From Macrostomum lignano (taxonomy: Eukaryota), in NCBI GenBank assembly GCA_002269645.1, contig NIVC01002040.1, positions 1 to 64,000 on the forward strand: a stretch of 64,000 bases of DNA, in the 5' to 3' direction. The position numbers were made by a program, and so were the translations under genes. This document shows positions 59,906 to 64,000 of the stretch, piece by piece; position 1 is the first letter of the stretch, and the number at the start of each line of letters is the position of its first letter. The notes below the pieces were generated by a model. It worked only from the letters and a program-made list of their open reading frames with translations. It did not search any database and was not told the origin of the DNA.

Positions 59906-60584
59906 GCCCGCGATTTTATTGCTGCTTTGGCAAGAGGTTGGGCACGTTCTACTGGAGTTGCTAGCTGGAGCAGTAGTAAGCTGTGTACACCCAGCTATGT
60001 ACATTGAAGAGTGTACATTAAATTTTTTGCATCAGAGTCGTGTACATCAAGATATGTACATTGGAGAGTTCGTATAAAGCCACGTACATACATTGAACAG
60101 TGTAGATGAGGCAATGTTCATTTAAAAGTGTACAAGCTATGTACACTAATCTATGTACGTTTATAAGTGTACATTTAACTACGAGCGTACGTACATTGCA
60201 GAGTGTACATTGGAGAATGTACACTAAGATGATAAATTAAGGCAAATAGATTAGAGGACTTTGACATTAATAAGAAGCTCCTACCGATAAGAGGACGTGC
60301 TGGCAACTAAATTAATATTTTTTTACTTAAAAAAGTCTTAAAAACAGATCATTTAAATTTATTCGGCCTAATGACTGCTTCAGATTGCTTTTCTCTCATA
60401 TTTATTTAAATTTAAAAAAAAAATTAATTTAAGTTTGGTCAAATTTATTATTAATTTTGATTTTCCACCCTTCATTATTTTCTCTAATTTACTAAACTAT
60501 ACCTTTATTTGGTGAATTTCTAGCATTTTTATTCATATTTAGTTTGCCTGCCTGCGGTGGCAAATCCTTGATTGCTGACACACT

Positions 60585-61180
60585 GACCTATTATTGTAGG
60601 TTGGGTCACGAACTGACTCACTATTGTAGGTTGGGTCACGAACTGACTCGCTATTGTGTAATGGGTCACGAACGGACTCGCTATTGTGTAATGGGTCACG
60701 AACGGACTCACTATTGTGGAATGGGTCACGAACTGACTCACTATTGTAGATTGGGTCACGAACTGACTCGCTATTGTAGATTGGGTCACGAACTGACTTG
60801 CTATTGTGGAATGGGTCACGAACTGACTCGCTATTGTAGATTGGGTCACGAACTGACTTGCTATTGTGGAATGGGTCACGAACTGACTTGCTATTGTGGA
60901 ATGGGTCACGAACTGACTTGCTATTGTGGAATGGGTCACGAACTGACTCGCTATTGTGGAATGGGTCACGAACTGACTCGCTATTGTGGAATGGGTCACG
61001 AACGGACTCACTATTGTGGAATGGGTCACGAACTGACTCGCTATTGTGTAATGGGTCACGAACTGACTTGCAATTGTGTAATGGGTCACGAACTGACTCA
61101 CTATTGTGTAATGGGTCACGAACGGACTCACTATTGTGTAATGGGTCACGAACTGACTCACTATTGTGGAATGGGTCACT
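60585..61180. repeat. 30-bp minisatellite ATGGGTCACGAACTGACTCGCTATTGTGGA, about 20 copies
   Basis: Period 30 seen directly; source of the pseudo-ORFs at 60529-61209. Confidence 0.96.
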
Positions 61181-62774
61181 AACCAATTATTGATTAATAT
61201 TAAAGTCACAAAAGATCTTTAGCCACTTGTCAGTCAGTGTGTTATAAACCTAAGAGTCTTGGATCTGTCATATGCAGGCAGACTAATCCAGGTGTATGGG
61301 TGTCACCTATTGATCGGGTTAAATCTATGGTCAATATTTGATCCTGCTATGACTAATAAATAGATAAAACCCAACTGAAGCGGATTTTATGAAAGCGCAT
61401 TTTATTTCATATTTTCTATTTTATTATTAGAAATCCTATAAAGAAGCTTATATTGCTTTGCACCTGCTGGTTTTTAATTAAATGCCATCTTAAAAAGGAA
61501 TTATGATTTTGCCTTTATAATTCTATGTTAGATTCGCTGTGCTAGACTTTTGTTATAAATTAATCAAGCTTGTTACATTATTGTTATTATTAGTAGTGTA
61601 TATGGTGCGCTTCTGTGCATGGTCGGGTTTTTTCAGATTTCATTTTCTACCTGTCGCTCCTTCCCAGCAGCCTCCCCGCCCCATCGATCCGCCTTCTCCA
61701 TCCCCACCCCCCCCCCAATATGCGTTTATAAAGAGTCGGTGCATTTTTGCTCCGGTTGGAAATTTGTTTTGCTCATTTAATCCTTGCATCTTATATATAT
61801 ATGTGTCTACAGATATATAATATTTACTGTAATATTTGTCTATATAATCTTTCTGATTTAAAATCATAATAACCGATCTGTTTTTTCGGGATACCAGGTT
61901 CATACTACTTAGCTAGTAGAATTAGTATACAAGTAGTATGTATGAGTATGAAATCTTTTTTTCTCGTATTTTTCACAAATAAATTATTCAAATTAAAGTT
62001 TGTTCCTTAAGTGCCTAAATTTGACGCTTTTTTCTAAGAATGGAAATTTACTGTTTTTTAGTAGCCACACTTTCATGCAAGCTTCATTTATTAATTTAAC
62101 AATATAGCTTTTAATTTGCTGCTAATCGCGTATCGCCGTAATTAATTGGTTAATCCGTTTTAATATAACTAGAGCCCTTTTAATTGCAGGTTGAATTTAC
62201 TTTGCATTATATTACTACTATACTACTATTCAGTAGCATTTAGAATTTTCACAGTGGTTAGTTTTGTGGTTTTTTGCTGTTTGTTTTCTCCTAGTTTCTT
62301 GCTTTAGTTTGTGGCCGCTCACCAATTAATTTAATTGCCTGCTCTGTACAATATGATGATCAGTACAGCCGGGTCCTACTTGTGAATGTCTGATTCCACT
62401 CTTGGCGCTTTGCATTGCATGCGTTCAATTTATTTATTTATTTATTCGTGTCAGTAAGCTTTTTACAATATTTATTTATTTGCATTAATTTTTGCAGCGT
62501 CAGTGGCCCCCACCCGAGCACCTGTCTTCGTTGCGCCCTCGATTTTTTTAATTCTGTGATAATTTATTTTTCTGTTACTAATTTTTCTCTCTGAACCGCT
62601 ATGATTTGATAAGCATAGCGCATACGCAAACTCTGGTAGTTGCTGTCTGTTATTGAAATTGCTTTTTTGGGGGCTGCATAATTTAATAACTCCTTGAGGA
62701 TAAATACTTTTGTACACACATTTTAGAACGCACTGAGTTTATCACTTTTTATTTTCTAGACTTCTTATCTCCCC

Positions 62775-63560
62775 AGTGAACACTCGCCTCTCGGCAGCCT
62801 TGCCCATCAAACAAAATACACTCGCCTCTCAACCAAACCTTACCCCTCTTACCCCCAATGTACACTCGCCTCTCTCAACCAAACCTTACCCCTCTTACCC
62901 CCCAATGTACACTCGCCTCTCTCAACCAAACCTTACCCCTCTTACCCCCCAATGTACACTCGCCTCTCTCAACCAAACCTTACCCCTCTTACCCCCCAAT
63001 GTACACTCGCCTTTCTCAACCAAACCCCTACCCCTCTTACCCCCCCACAAAGTACACTCGCCTCTCTCAACCAAACCTTACCCCTCTTACCCCCCCCCCC
63101 ACAAAGTACACTCGCCGCTCTCAACCAAACCCCTACCCCTCTTTCCCCCCACAAAGTACACTCGCCTCTCTCAACCAAACCTTACCCCTCTTACCCCCCC
63201 CCCACAAAGTACACTCGCCGCTCTCAACCAAACCCCTACCCCTCTTACCCCCCACAAAGTACACTCACCGCTCTCGACCAAACCCTCTTACCCCCCCCCA
63301 CAAAGTACACTCGCCTCTCTCAACCAAACCCCTACCCCTCTTACCCCCCCCACAAAGTACACTCGCCGCTCTCAACCAAACCCCTACCCCTCTTACCCCC
63401 CCCCCCACAAAGTACACTCGCCGCTCTCAACCAAACCCCTACCCTCTTACCCCCCCACAAAGTACACTCACCGCTCTCAACCAAACCCCTACCCCTCTAC
63501 CTCTCCCCTACCCCTTCATTACCCCTTCACCCCTCAATGTACACCCGCCTCTCCCAACCA
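62775..63560. repeat. C-rich minisatellite of about 44-49 bp, ACAAAGTACACTCGCCTCTCTCAACCAAACC(C)TACCCCTCTTACCCCCCC, with a variable C-run
   Basis: CTCGCC at 62821, 62865 and onward; source of the pseudo-ORFs at 62776-63831. Confidence 0.93.
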
Positions 63561-64000
63561 ACACCCTTACCCAACCACCCCCATGGCACGTTTAGAAAAA
63601 CTTTACAGACAGTTCACTACTTTAAAAGTATATTTATTACCTACACGAGTTGATTTGTGCATTTTCGTGCAGTGCGCAGGGCGTTTTTTAAATATGTGCC
63701 GAAATTTGATTGTCGATTTTGTTAATTATGTACCTACGAAGTTGCTGTGCTTTTTCTTAGAAAAAAAGAAAACTTTGCATCTTAATTTAATCCTGCATTT
63801 TCCTTCGCTTTCCCTCTTGTTTTATTTGTAACAATCCTATTTTGACAGTAGCGGATTTTCTAACTAACTATCTTCTTGCATTGTTAAGTTTGTTCAAAGC
63901 ATTATAACAAAAAAGTGATTGATTTTTTGGTCCCTTTTCAATCGATTGTAAATTTTTATTAGAAAGCTGCCTTTATCGGTCTATTTACGAGCTAATTTGA

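Noticed and set aside
62350-62395. C/D-box snoRNA-like words ATGATGA ... CTGA
   Set aside because: The boxes are only about 35 nt apart, with no terminal stem and no downstream D box.
62472-62717. 81-aa minus-strand ORF as a terminal exon of a neighbouring gene
   Set aside because: AT-rich, non-ATG start, no recognisable motif and no convincing acceptor.
60529-63831. ORFs over the 30-bp and 44-49-bp arrays (THYCGMGHEL, extensin-like PPTKY)
   Set aside because: Open in several frames because of repeat periodicity; no unique flanking coding sequence or splice support.

Overview
AT-rich animal (invertebrate) genomic DNA with spliceosomal GT-AG introns and a very high tandem-repeat load. The style resembles a repeat-rich flatworm genome such as Macrostomum, but the species cannot be determined from this window. 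Four spliced genes were reconstructed by hand with compatible intron phases. (1) An SLC38A10-like amino-acid transporter on the minus strand: 5 exons, 307 codons, with the 3' part outside the window, so the 18-kb 22/23-bp satellite at 1-18112 appears to lie in its intron 5. (2) An NCoR/SMRT corepressor on the minus strand: 3 exons, about 1501 aa, single SANT domain. (3) PIG-A on the plus strand: 6 exons, 463 aa. (4) A highly divergent p53-family gene on the plus strand: 5 exons, about 597 aa, which the ORF track splits into anonymous pieces. It keeps the R248/R273/R280/D281 equivalents, appears to have swapped His/Cys zinc ligands, and has a roughly 55-aa L1-loop insertion. The divergent NCoR/PIG-A intergenic region holds an internally deleted Merlin-like DNA transposon (105-bp TIRs, 9-bp TSD) and a 294-bp MITE (8-bp TSD). 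Fifteen of the 16 introns carry their own private minisatellite, and several units look like repeated branch-point/acceptor or AG|GT cassettes. No tRNA, rRNA or CRISPR array was seen. All alignments to reference proteins are by eye from memory and need computational confirmation.
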